Assembly: GCA_030141605.1 (NCBI GenBank)
Contig: JAQGDQ010002369.1
Span: forward strand, 806,001-870,000
Reading direction: 5' to 3'
Source: Tubiluchus corallicola
Lineage: Eukaryota > Animalia > Priapulida
Length of the DNA stretch: 64,000 nt
The notes under the pieces are model-generated. The model worked only from the letters and a program-made list of their open reading frames with translations, ran no database searches and was not told the DNA's origin. Position numbers and translations under genes: made by a program. Positions 38,881-48,245 of this stretch are shown in pieces. Numbering within the stretch: the first letter of the stretch is position 1; every line of letters starts with the position of its first letter.

Positions 38881-40152
38881 TTGGGCAAAGTTCATCCAAT
38901 GAAGTGGATCATCTGGATCCTGGCGGCAGTCTTTTATTTTTACGAGTATCTTCTCCGTGTTTCTCCCAGTGTCATGGTTCATGAACTGATGAGTTCTTTC
39001 AATACCAATGCAGCCATCATTGGAGTGATCAGTGCGTTTTACTTTTATGCCTACGCACCCATGCAGCTTCCTGTCGGTATGCTGATGGACAAATATGGAG
39101 CGCGTAAGCTCCTTACTTTTGCCGCCCTCGTTTGTGGACTAGGTACAGTTGTCTTTGGAATATCTCCTCAAATTTGGCTCGCAGATGCAGGAAGATTTCT
39201 TGTTGGAATCGGCTCCGCGTTTGCTTTTGTGGGAATCGTATTCGTCACTTCCCACTGGTTTCCGCTTCAGAAAAGAGGACTCTTGATCGGTTTAGGAAAT
39301 TCCATAGGAATGCTTGGCGCTGTTGTGGGACAGGGCCCGCTTGCGGCTGCTGTTAGTGCCTGGGGATGGAGAGAGTCGATGATTGCTATTGGTATCTTTG
39401 GTCTCATCTTAGGAGTTATCATTTACCTGCTTGTCCGCAACGAGCCTGTTTCAATGGAAAAGGCCCACGAAAAAAAAGCTGCCAAAAGAAAGGGCTGGGC
39501 GGATGTTGTTGCAGTCTGCAAAAATCCTTATACCTGGGTTAATGCCATTGTAGCTCTTCTCTTTTACATTACGACGACAGCTCTTGGCGGACTATGGGGC
39601 ATCCCCTTTTTACAAAGCGCTTATCATGTAAGTAAAGAAACGGCTGGATTCGCCATGTCGATGATTTTTATCGGATGGCTTGTAGGAGGCCCGATCATCG
39701 GATATTTTTCTGATAGGATGAAGAGAAGAAAGATCGTCCTAATTATTTCCATTGGCCTGACCTGTATCTTCTTGATGCCCGTGATTTACTTCACTCATCT
39801 TCCTATCTATGTCATCTATATTTTGCTATTCCTTGTCGGGTTATTTTCTTCAGCTCAGCTACTTAATTTCAGCCTTGCTGTTGAGATCAACATCAAAGAA
39901 GCAAAAGCTACAGCTGCTGCTTTCACAAACTTCATGATTGCTGCTTCAGGATCTATCATACAGCCTGTCATAGGGTACCTTCTCGATCTGGGCTGGCATG
40001 GAGAAATGATAGCAGGAAGCCCTGTCTATGATGCTGGGGACTATCATCTCGCCTTGAGTACTCTTCCTCTTTCACTCATTTTGGCTTTTCTCGTTTGCTT
40101 CTTCATCAAGGAGAAAAGGGCGGACGTTGTCCGATCCATTTATAACGATTAA
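38881..40152 (+). CDS. MFS transporter
   Basis: GMLMDKYGARK motif A, second-half GYFSDRMKRRK, and 12 TM segments. Confidence 0.9.
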   Translation: MGKVHPMKWIIWILAAVFYFYEYLLRVSPSVMVHELMSSFNTNAAIIGVISAFYFYAYAPMQLPVGMLMDKYGARKLLTFAALVCGLGTVVFGISPQIWLADAGRFLVGIGSAFAFVGIVFVTSHWFPLQKRGLLIGLGNSIGMLGAVVGQGPLAAAVSAWGWRESMIAIGIFGLILGVIIYLLVRNEPVSMEKAHEKKAAKRKGWADVVAVCKNPYTWVNAIVALLFYITTTALGGLWGIPFLQSAYHVSKETAGFAMSMIFIGWLVGGPIIGYFSDRMKRRKIVLIISIGLTCIFLMPVIYFTHLPIYVIYILLFLVGLFSSAQLLNFSLAVEINIKEAKATAAAFTNFMIAASGSIIQPVIGYLLDLGWHGEMIAGSPVYDAGDYHLALSTLPLSLILAFLVCFFIKEKRADVVRSIYND

Positions 40153-40204
40153 TCCCTCCTTTATGGTATTCTCTTCGGCTTCAATAACCTAAAGGAGAAT
40201 AATA

Positions 40205-40417
40205 ATGTCTTTTCAACTTCCACCTCCAGGACAAGAAAAAATGGTTACATCGCTAGAAGATCTTCTCCCTCCCCCTACTGCTGACGCTGAAGAAGTTCCA
40301 TTATCACCAGTTGCAGAAGAAGATGAAAATCCAAAACCAGTAGAAGTAAAAGATGTAGAAGTGGAAATCGTCGAAAAACCGAAACCTGACCCTAATGCAT
40401 TGTCGGATAAAGTCTAA
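40205..40417 (+). CDS. Small acidic Pro-rich protein
   Basis: AAGGAG RBS. 70 aa with two LPPP motifs and a Glu-rich composition. Confidence 0.6.
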   Translation: MSFQLPPPGQEKMVTSLEDLLPPPTADAEEVPLSPVAEEDENPKPVEVKDVEVEIVEKPKPDPNALSDKV

Positions 40418-40430
40418 TCTTTGATTTCCA

Positions 40431-41558
40431 TCAGTGGACGTAAGCTCTATTCCAGTAGGGATGAGTTAGATCTTTTTCATACTGGCATGTGTTCTCATCA
40501 TAGACCTTGGCAGGTTCGATGTTCTCGCCATAGAATGATTGCAGATATTTTTTTGTCTTGTTGGGAACAAAGACCTCGATTCCATCAAAGAGGGCTTTCT
40601 TCAACGGGAAGACTGTATCGTAGTCCATCGGAACAGTGAACCTTCTCTCCCGTATTCTCCATGACTCGGGCAAAAAGATACTGTATTCGTTCGAAAGAAT
40701 GTACTGCACAGTCTTATTTTCCGGATGAACGGCAAAATGATAAATATCGATCATTGCTTCGCCCTGCTTGACAAAGATTTTCAAGTAGGTATTAGGAAGG
40801 CATCTGTTCGACCAATCCTGAACTTCGTATTTATCTTTATCCAATTCATTCAGAGCTCTTCGTACATTTTCAAAGTCGGGCTCCAATATTGCGATGTCGA
40901 TATCCATATCCCAGGGAATTACGCCACCATAGCGATAGGCACCTAAACAGGTCCCACAATCGACCCAGCATGGGATATTATACTTTTTCAGAATCTGAAA
41001 GACCTCATGTAAGGCCTCTTTTTCTTTTGCCAAATGATTCTCATCTCCCGGCCTTCTTCTATGCCATGTAAGATCAATCCATTCGGCATCATTCATATCT
41101 CCGATGTTCAGTCCTAATTTTTCATAATACTCTGTGTTGGAGACTACATCAGTTCGATTGAGGTACTCTTTAATCAGTCTGTGTTTTTCTCTCACTCCGG
41201 AATCTAAATAGGAAAGGGCTTTCAAAAGAGTCCCGATCGGCAAGCTGTAAGAAAGAGCGCAGAAACTGGCACCAGTCTTAATCCAGAAATGGAGATTATA
41301 ATCAAAGCGCTGTTTCAACCGGTAAGTCATTTTGCCGTCTTCCTCAACGGGATATGCTATTTTTCCTGCAAGGATATACTGCGTGGGAATCAAAGCAATG
41401 TTGGCAGCTTTTTCCAACCCCCTAGCATCTTCAGAGGCAACATTGATGAATGGATTGATAATGAGCGCATGGTACCAAAGGACAAGCGGCATCCCAATAT
41501 GCATGATCGCGACACCGATTTTTTGAAGCATGCCCATAATATTCATCCGAATGATCAT
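40431..41558 (-). CDS. licD: LicD-family nucleotidyltransferase-fold phosphotransferase
   Basis: WVDCGTCLGAYRYGGVIPWDMDIDIA, IDIY and VFPLKK..VPNKTKKYLQSFYG. Confidence 0.85.
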   Translation of the reverse strand: MIIRMNIMGMLQKIGVAIMHIGMPLVLWYHALIINPFINVASEDARGLEKAANIALIPTQYILAGKIAYPVEEDGKMTYRLKQRFDYNLHFWIKTGASFCALSYSLPIGTLLKALSYLDSGVREKHRLIKEYLNRTDVVSNTEYYEKLGLNIGDMNDAEWIDLTWHRRRPGDENHLAKEKEALHEVFQILKKYNIPCWVDCGTCLGAYRYGGVIPWDMDIDIAILEPDFENVRRALNELDKDKYEVQDWSNRCLPNTYLKIFVKQGEAMIDIYHFAVHPENKTVQYILSNEYSIFLPESWRIRERRFTVPMDYDTVFPLKKALFDGIEVFVPNKTKKYLQSFYGENIEPAKVYDENTCQYEKDLTHPYWNRAYVH

Positions 41559-41669
41559 AAGAATATAAGTCTCTCAAAGCAAGTATGTTTTTACAAAACA
41601 GTTGATTCATTGCACTCTTCAAATATATAAGAATTATATTAAATATACACAAATTATTAATAATTAATT

Positions 41670-42044
41670 ATGCGTGCGATAAAAGTCAATTCAATCCCAG
41701 CGGTTACCAGGCCGATCAAGGCCCGAAGGAAGACCTCTTCTTCTAGAATTGAGGAAGAAGTCCTCGTATCGGCATATCTCGATCCAGGAGAAGAAAAAAT
41801 TCTGGAGGATTCGATCTGCTTTGCGAATGAATCGTATGGGAAAGTTCTTCTTCTTCTGCGTTATAAGCCTAAGAAAGGTTACTATGTGGAAGTCTTTGAC
41901 CAAAACCAGGAGCTGGTTCTTGGCTGCCCGATTTCAAAGAACAGGAGCTATGTTCTTCGATCTCGTTTTGCTTGGGACAAGCTTTATGGAGAAGAAGAAA
42001 TCTTTCAATTGATTCCAAAATCTGCGAGGTCATCTGATGAATAG
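41670..42044 (+). CDS. Hypothetical protein, 124 aa
   Basis: ATG-started ORF after an AT-rich promoter-like region. It overlaps the 3' tail of the convergent gene. Confidence 0.5.
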   Translation: MRAIKVNSIPAVTRPIKARRKTSSSRIEEEVLVSAYLDPGEEKILEDSICFANESYGKVLLLLRYKPKKGYYVEVFDQNQELVLGCPISKNRSYVLRSRFAWDKLYGEEEIFQLIPKSARSSDE

Positions 42045-43086
42045 GATCTCTCGGTGTTTGGAATACTTCAAAAAAATCAAGAGAACTCGTTTCCCCTTCA
42101 AGTTCCTGAAGGCTTCCCACTCTTCTTGCGAGTTGGGAGTCAATCGCAGGATTGGAATAGTTCTGGCTCGAAGGAATAATATAGAGCACTTTTTTTCCCG
42201 CACTAAGCGCCTGAAACCCCACACTCGATTGATGGCAGAGTACCGTATCACTGATAGCAATTGCTTCAATCGTCGTAATCTCTTTGGCTAGTACCCGGAT
42301 GATCGGGGATCCTTTAGTGAATTCTTTTTCGAAAAAACCATCTGTTTTAGGATGAGGCTGGACGAGAACCTGGTATTGATCGGGATCCAGTTCATCGATG
42401 AGATCAACAAACAGTGCAAACCCTTCCTCATATTCACTTCCATATCCCCCGATGAAAACGAGCGTTTTCTTCTCAGAGGAAATCCCCAGCCGCTCTTGTA
42501 TTAACCTTCGATCACACTGCAACAGTTCATTCCTCCAAACTTCTAAAGAAGGCTGGCCGACAACGACACAGTCTCTATTGAGATGAGAAGAAAAGTTTGA
42601 TGAAGGAACAAAAAGTCGTTCAGCAAATTGTTGAACATGACGGGCTGTTTGAAAATACAAATCGGACCCTTGCGGGTTGAAGTTGTCCCAGTAAGCGATC
42701 GTCTCCACCTTTTTTTCCCGGAACTTTTTTAGGATTTGTCCTTGGAATTGAAAGGCTACACCTGTCCATACAGCTTTAGGATGAATTTCTGTTTCGATGT
42801 TTTCCAGTTCACTTTGAGTAAAAAGATCATCTCGAGCCCAAGTGCGGTCAACCTCGCGGGAAAAGCCCAATTGAAAATAGGAAAGGACTTTTTTCCCATG
42901 GGAAAGACAAATAGACTCGGCCACTCCCCCTGCAAGAATTTCATAATTGGCTCCTTCCTTTTCCAGCTCGTCCATTACAGGAAGAATCGCATTCGCCTCT
43001 CCTGCATCCTGAAGAACAAAAAGAAGATCCGTTTCAATCGGCGCACAGAAAAGTAGGAAGGGAAAGATAAGGAGAAATAGTTTCAT
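41869..43086 (-). CDS. Exported GT-B fold protein (TagF/UDP-GlcNAc 2-epimerase-like)
   Basis: Signal peptide, QDAGEANA, VVVGQPSL, VQPHP and EAIAISDTVLCHQSSVGFQALSAGKKVL. Confidence 0.65.
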   Translation of the reverse strand: MKLFLLIFPFLLFCAPIETDLLFVLQDAGEANAILPVMDELEKEGANYEILAGGVAESICLSHGKKVLSYFQLGFSREVDRTWARDDLFTQSELENIETEIHPKAVWTGVAFQFQGQILKKFREKKVETIAYWDNFNPQGSDLYFQTARHVQQFAERLFVPSSNFSSHLNRDCVVVGQPSLEVWRNELLQCDRRLIQERLGISSEKKTLVFIGGYGSEYEEGFALFVDLIDELDPDQYQVLVQPHPKTDGFFEKEFTKGSPIIRVLAKEITTIEAIAISDTVLCHQSSVGFQALSAGKKVLYIIPSSQNYSNPAIDSQLARRVGSLQELEGETSSLDFFEVFQTPRDPIHQMTSQILESIERFLLLHKACPKQNEIEEHSSCSLKSGSQEPAPGFGQRLPHSNLS

Positions 43087-43550
43087 GGCGGGTATATATA
43101 GTTAAGTAGTTTTCCTAATCCAAAGGCCACTTTATCGGAGAATTCTACAATGGCAGCTCCACTTTTTGCAATGCCGTCAGCCAGGAGTTCATCTCCGACC
43201 ATTTCATTGCAGAAATCGCCTAAAGTAGGTGCATGCCCCACAAGAACAATCGTAGAATTCGGTTTGCAGTTTTGCAAACGGACGATCAGTTCATGTTCAT
43301 TGAATGCAGCACCCAGTGCAGACTCTGTTTCATAATCAATTCCGAAAACTTCCCCTATGATCTCAGCAGTCTGCTTCGCTCTGAGTAATGGAGAAGACCA
43401 GATCTCGGTAGGCTGGACTCTCTGTTTTTTCAATTCTTCAGTCATTTTTTTCTGAACGATCTTTCCTTCTTCCGATAAAGAACGCACATCATCGCCTAAA
43501 GAGGGATCATCAACTGGTTTTGCATGACGTACAGCAATCACACGTAACAT
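43083..43550 (-). CDS. sixA: SixA-type phosphohistidine phosphatase
   Basis: VRHAK, RSLSEEG, SSPLLRAKQTA and LVGHAP. Confidence 0.85.
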   Translation of the reverse strand: MLRVIAVRHAKPVDDPSLGDDVRSLSEEGKIVQKKMTEELKKQRVQPTEIWSSPLLRAKQTAEIIGEVFGIDYETESALGAAFNEHELIVRLQNCKPNSTIVLVGHAPTLGDFCNEMVGDELLADGIAKSGAAIVEFSDKVAFGLGKLLNYIYPP

Positions 43551-43562
43551 AACACCTTCCTA

Positions 43563-43706
43563 TTAGTGAGATAGGTTCCAAGGGAAAAAGAGTCCCATTA
43601 TTCCCATGATGATCAGATAGATCGCGACGATAAAATTCAATAGTCTTGGAATGAATAAAATCAGTATTCCGGCGATAAGAGAAATCAAAGGACTAATAAA
43701 ATACAT
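43563..43706 (-). CDS. DUF3096-like small membrane protein, 47 aa
   Basis: Manual translation: MYFISPLISLIAGILILFIPRLLNFIVAIYLIIMGIMGLFFPWNLSH*. It is below the ORF-track length cutoff. Confidence 0.8.
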   Translation of the reverse strand: MYFISPLISLIAGILILFIPRLLNFIVAIYLIIMGIMGLFFPWNLSH

Positions 43707-43707
43707 A

Positions 43708-44640
43708 TCAACTACCTACTGTGAGAACTGCCTTTGGCAGGCCAAAGACTACATTTTCTTCTTTATAAACGATCTCTTCTACTTCACTCACTCCTAAACT
43801 CATTAGTCGCTCAATGCAATTTTGAACCACGTGCTCAGGAGTAGAAGCTCCTGCGGTCAATCCAATGGTTTCGACTTCTTTCAACCATTCCGATTTGATC
43901 TCATTTTCATCATTAATCAGATGGGCTGCCACTCCCCTTCTCTCGGCAACTTCCCGAAGCCGGTTAGAATTAGAGCTGGATGGATCCCCAACAACGAGGC
44001 AAAGATCAGTCTCATCTGTGATTTCACGAAGGGCCATCTGCCGATTGGTTGTGGCATAACAGATCGAAGAAGAAGGTAGAGTTTCTATTTGAGGATACTT
44101 CTTTATAAGAGCATCAGTGATTTCTTTCACATCATCGAGGCTCAAAGTTGTCTGAGTGATGTAAAAAAGTTTTTGATTCGGTGGGAAATTGAGTTTAGTA
44201 ACATCATCTGCGGATTCTACAATGGTGGTGACATCAGGAGCCTCGCCCGCTGTTCCAATGATTTCTACGTGCTTTCGATGTCCAATGAGAATGATTTGAT
44301 ATCCCTTCTCAGCATACCGTTTGGATGCTGAATGGACTTTCGTGACCAAACCGCACGTCGCGTCAATCTCAATAAGTTTTCGCTCTGCTGCGTTTTTCCT
44401 GACTGTTGGAGAAACTCCGTGGGCTGAATAGATCAGTCTGGCCCCTAAGGGAACTTCATCGAGATCTTCGATAAATATAGCACCTTTTTCTCTTAATGCA
44501 TTCACTACATGTCGGTTATGAACAATCTCATGCTTCACATAGATAGGAGCGCCCCAAAGCTTGAGAGCTTTCTCCACTGTCTCAATCGCACGATCTACTC
44601 CCGCACAAAATCCTCTAGGCTTGGAAAGTAAAAGTTTCAT
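43708..44640 (-). CDS. ispH: 4-hydroxy-3-methylbut-2-enyl diphosphate reductase
   Basis: PRGFCAGVDRA, HEIVHN, SAHGV, DATC, ICYATTNRQ, SSNSNRL and TAGASTP. Confidence 0.97.
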   Translation of the reverse strand: MKLLLSKPRGFCAGVDRAIETVEKALKLWGAPIYVKHEIVHNRHVVNALREKGAIFIEDLDEVPLGARLIYSAHGVSPTVRKNAAERKLIEIDATCGLVTKVHSASKRYAEKGYQIILIGHRKHVEIIGTAGEAPDVTTIVESADDVTKLNFPPNQKLFYITQTTLSLDDVKEITDALIKKYPQIETLPSSSICYATTNRQMALREITDETDLCLVVGDPSSSNSNRLREVAERRGVAAHLINDENEIKSEWLKEVETIGLTAGASTPEHVVQNCIERLMSLGVSEVEEIVYKEENVVFGLPKAVLTVGS

Positions 44641-44715
44641 CAACTATCCCTCATTTTGTGAAAAGGATAGCATGGATTTTAATTTTATTGATAAAAAAAA
44701 GTCGAAGAATCAGTT

Positions 44716-46626
44716 TCAGGAAACGTCTGAGGCACAACGGAATCCATACGTTCCATTCACAGCGCCTGGATTATTACGGTGGCGGTGGGAACAACGAAGG
44801 TCTTCCTTAAGGCTTTTCCAGCAGCCCCCTCTCAGAACCCGATAGACGCCTTGAGGCGGCCCTTTTGGATTGTCAGGCTCCTGGATGGAAGTATCATAAT
44901 AATTATAAGCATACCAGTCTAGGCACCACTCATAGACATTTCCAGGGACATCGTAAAGACCGTAGGAATTTGGCGGATAGCTCATTACAGAAGTGGTATC
45001 GGAACTAAAGAAATTAGCCTGGGAACGCTCAATGGACTCTCCGGTAGGGAAGAGAGCATCTTCCAGCCCACCGCAAGCTGCGATTTCCCACTCAGCCTCT
45101 GTGGGAAGTCTTTTGCCAACCCACTTGGCATACGCAACAGCTCCATACCAAGTGACCCCGACTACAGGATGTTTACTATATCCAGATTCAATGATCAGCT
45201 TTCCCCCGCTCCTTTTGACACGAGAATCTCTTAGGCGAATGATATCATTGTTATTGCTGTCCTTTTCTCCACCCATTGCAAGTAAGAACCGGACGAACTG
45301 TTCATTCGTAATGGGATGGACATCAATGGCAAAACTGGGAATGGATATATCGTGCCTGGGCATTTCATCCCTTGCTCCATTATTGCTTCCACGAGTATAA
45401 GTTCCACCCGCTATCACCACCATTTCTGAATGGATTGGTTCTACTTCTCTGATCTCAACTTTTTTCGGCTCGTATCGAGAAACAGACATCTCTCTTTGAA
45501 AGATCGCTCCAGGATCAGGTTCGTATTGGGGACGGGAAATTTCCCGGGGCTTTATAAGTGGTTTTAGATCTTCGAGTGACTTTGCCTCAGAGGAAGAAAA
45601 TGCGAATTCTTTTTCTTCGACCGGAGTATCTGTAGCATTCGATGCAGCTTGTGCTTGAGAAAACTCGAAGGACATCTGCATCGTATTCTCAACTGTCTGT
45701 TCCAAGTCTTTCCAACCCACTTTTTCCATCACATCCTTCATCAAAACCTCTTCCATTGTTTGAATGAGGTTGGATGGTCTTTTCAAAGACTCCGCCTGAA
45801 GGCATCGATAAATCAAATGATCCCAATTGAGTTTGTATTCCTGACGGAATTGAGAAGGAAGGGCAAAGCATCCTTCGGGAAACTTTTGGGTGATCATAAA
45901 ATAGGCGAGAACGCCAAAAGAATAGATATCGCATTTATAATCGATTGATCCTAATCCCCCGATCGATTTTTGTTCGGGAGATAGAAACGAATAGTTTCTC
46001 AGAAATGAGCGGAGCTGGTTCCAGGATTTTTCATCATCAACTCCATCTGGATCGATGTTGAGTGCTTCTTCAACATTTTCACAAAGCTTGGATAATACCT
46101 TTTCCTCACCAATCATTCGGCTCAAACCAAAATCAGTCAGGTAAACCCGGATTCCTTTATCGCTTTTGCCGATCAAAATATTGGAAAGTTTCATTCCTCC
46201 ATGAAAAAGGAACGCGTCGTCTGTGAAGCGTACTTGGTGGGCATGATCCAGGGCTGAGGCAATTTGCCGTAAAATCGTCTCGCATTCCAATTCAGTCAAT
46301 GTCTTGCCGCGAAGTTCCAAAAATCGGTCGAGATTCATCGTTTCATCTTGAGAGTCGACGATAGGGTCCATAGTGACGAAATATCTTCCTTCAAACGAAG
46401 AAATGTTATGGATCTTCACAATCGAAGGATGATCTAGTGTAGCCAATGTTGCGATGTCTTTTTCAAACCGGCCCATAGCATCAGGATCGGAAAAAAGCTC
46501 ACGAGGAAGAATTTTTAATGCATATTTCTTTTTAAGAAATCGATGTTCAGCAAGATAAACAGAACCAAAAGAACTTTGACCTAGTTCTTTTAGGATCGTA
46601 TAATCTCCAAAATTCTCTGTGTTCAT
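44716..46626 (-). CDS. pkn1: Chlamydial Ser/Thr kinase Pkn1 with C-terminal FGE-sulfatase domain
   Basis: GDYTILKELG..LAEHRFLKKKYALKILP, and an FGE domain (HPVVGVTWYGA, RLPTEAEWE, GNVYEWC, GFRCA). Confidence 0.9.
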   Translation of the reverse strand: MNTENFGDYTILKELGQSSFGSVYLAEHRFLKKKYALKILPRELFSDPDAMGRFEKDIATLATLDHPSIVKIHNISSFEGRYFVTMDPIVDSQDETMNLDRFLELRGKTLTELECETILRQIASALDHAHQVRFTDDAFLFHGGMKLSNILIGKSDKGIRVYLTDFGLSRMIGEEKVLSKLCENVEEALNIDPDGVDDEKSWNQLRSFLRNYSFLSPEQKSIGGLGSIDYKCDIYSFGVLAYFMITQKFPEGCFALPSQFRQEYKLNWDHLIYRCLQAESLKRPSNLIQTMEEVLMKDVMEKVGWKDLEQTVENTMQMSFEFSQAQAASNATDTPVEEKEFAFSSSEAKSLEDLKPLIKPREISRPQYEPDPGAIFQREMSVSRYEPKKVEIREVEPIHSEMVVIAGGTYTRGSNNGARDEMPRHDISIPSFAIDVHPITNEQFVRFLLAMGGEKDSNNNDIIRLRDSRVKRSGGKLIIESGYSKHPVVGVTWYGAVAYAKWVGKRLPTEAEWEIAACGGLEDALFPTGESIERSQANFFSSDTTSVMSYPPNSYGLYDVPGNVYEWCLDWYAYNYYDTSIQEPDNPKGPPQGVYRVLRGGCWKSLKEDLRCSHRHRNNPGAVNGTYGFRCASDVS

Positions 46627-46758
46627 ACTATAGAAGATTCCTGTTCTATCGAATCATAATGAGATGGGTTCATTTTTTCAAGCGCCGTGAAACGATTCAT
46701 TTTTCATACGAACCTATTTCAAAATAGGTATCCCTCGATTTTAGGGCTAGGTTGAAGA

Positions 46759-47718
46759 TTATGAAAGTTTAGGCTCCACTTTTTCCTGATGGATTTTTTG
46801 TAAAAGAGCAAAGAGGAAAAAACCAAAGCCCATAACAAGAAGGCTAAAGCCAAACTCATATCGAGACAGCGTATGACCGGAAATAAGAGATTCCCCAAAA
46901 GGCCAGATGGCAGGAATAGATCCAATCATAAACCCGACTAAATGAGCGAGTACCCAAACACGCCAGCGGGACATCATCCAAAGGATCAATCTTGAAAATA
47001 GAGCCATTCCTATTAATATCCCCACTCCTAAATTCCCAAGGAATAATGACGCACCAGTATCAAAAGACAGAGTAATGAGCGACTGGGAAAAAATTTTCAA
47101 CGATTCGATCATAGGAAGATACATACCGAACATCAGAAGGATAAAACTTTCCGAAATTCCCGGAAGCAGCATAGCCCAGATTGCCAACATTCCTGAAAAA
47201 AATACGTAGGGCTGAAAGAAGGATGTGGAGGGAGTGTAAAGATTCCACTGCGCTCCTTTAAAAATAATTCCCCACAGTAATAGTGAGATAAAAACTCCAG
47301 ACATCAAAGAAAACCAGTGGGAAATTTCCCATCGTCTGACTTTCATAATAATGGAACGGATGCTAGCAAAGATCAGTCCTAGAAAAAAGGAATAGAGAAA
47401 GGTCTTGTACAAAGGTTCCATCGACAGGAAATGAACCAAATGGGAAAAAAGCAGGACTGAAACAGCAAACCCCCAAAGAAGAAGGCTTAAAAACTGCCAG
47501 GAAACTTTTTGAAAAAAGGCTCGAAACTGAAAACGAAAAAGAAGCTTGAATGCATCAACATTAAAACTTCGAATGCCATGCAATAAAGGATCATAAATAC
47601 CGAGCAGGAAAGCGATGGTTCCTCCAGAGATACCGGGAATAAGATCAGCAATTCCCTTTAGAGCTCCATCGAAAATAATCTGTGATTTAGAAAGAGTCCT
47701 TCGACAAGACTCTTCCAT
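46759..47718 (-). CDS. DUF368-family membrane protein (putative undecaprenyl-phosphate translocase)
   Basis: GIADLIPGISGGTIAFLLGIY and the second repeat AMLLPGIS. TAATG-coupled to the upstream gene. Confidence 0.88.
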   Translation of the reverse strand: MEESCRRTLSKSQIIFDGALKGIADLIPGISGGTIAFLLGIYDPLLHGIRSFNVDAFKLLFRFQFRAFFQKVSWQFLSLLLWGFAVSVLLFSHLVHFLSMEPLYKTFLYSFFLGLIFASIRSIIMKVRRWEISHWFSLMSGVFISLLLWGIIFKGAQWNLYTPSTSFFQPYVFFSGMLAIWAMLLPGISESFILLMFGMYLPMIESLKIFSQSLITLSFDTGASLFLGNLGVGILIGMALFSRLILWMMSRWRVWVLAHLVGFMIGSIPAIWPFGESLISGHTLSRYEFGFSLLVMGFGFFLFALLQKIHQEKVEPKLS

Positions 47719-48125
47719 TAAAGCACTCCGACCAACTTCGCAAAATACCAAGCTGCAATCAGAACGCCGATGCCAATAGCTCCCCAAACGAGATGGGGAA
47801 TGGAACGGACTCCGCCTGAAGGATTCCCTCGAGATTCCAATGTACCGATCCCATAAGAAAACTCCTGCTGCGGCCGTGGCATTTTAAATGCCTCTGGATG
47901 TTCCTGGATCAGTTTGTCTCCATCGATCCCCAAAAATGTGGCATACTGACGGATGAATCCCAAAGCATAGACAGGAGAAAGAAATTGAGAGATATGTCCC
48001 TCTTCTATCGCTTGCAGATATGTTTGTCGAATCGAGGTTGCGTTTTCGATCTCTTTCAAAGAAAGACTCATTTCTTCTCTTTTTACACGGAACATTTCAC
48101 CAATGCGTTTCAATTCTTCGCTCAT
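47718..48125 (-). CDS. rodZ: RodZ-like HTH membrane protein
   Basis: IGEMFRVKREEMSLSLKEIENATSIR..LQAIEEG..VYALGFIRQYATFLG, followed by a single C-terminal TM. Confidence 0.85.
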   Translation of the reverse strand: MSEELKRIGEMFRVKREEMSLSLKEIENATSIRQTYLQAIEEGHISQFLSPVYALGFIRQYATFLGIDGDKLIQEHPEAFKMPRPQQEFSYGIGTLESRGNPSGGVRSIPHLVWGAIGIGVLIAAWYFAKLVGVL

Positions 48126-48245
48126 ATCATACTCCAAAATTGAAATTTCAATCCTATCTCTCAGAGTCATTTCTTTCAATCAAGAACCTCTCTACTTATT
48201 TCATTCTTGAGGTTTATCGATTCATTTTTCTAAAATACCACCCAG

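Noticed and set aside
41869-42044. 176-nt convergent overlap as a functional dual-coding region
   Set aside because: The tail of the GT-like ORF looks like read-through, and an indel is the simpler explanation given the many frameshifts in this window.
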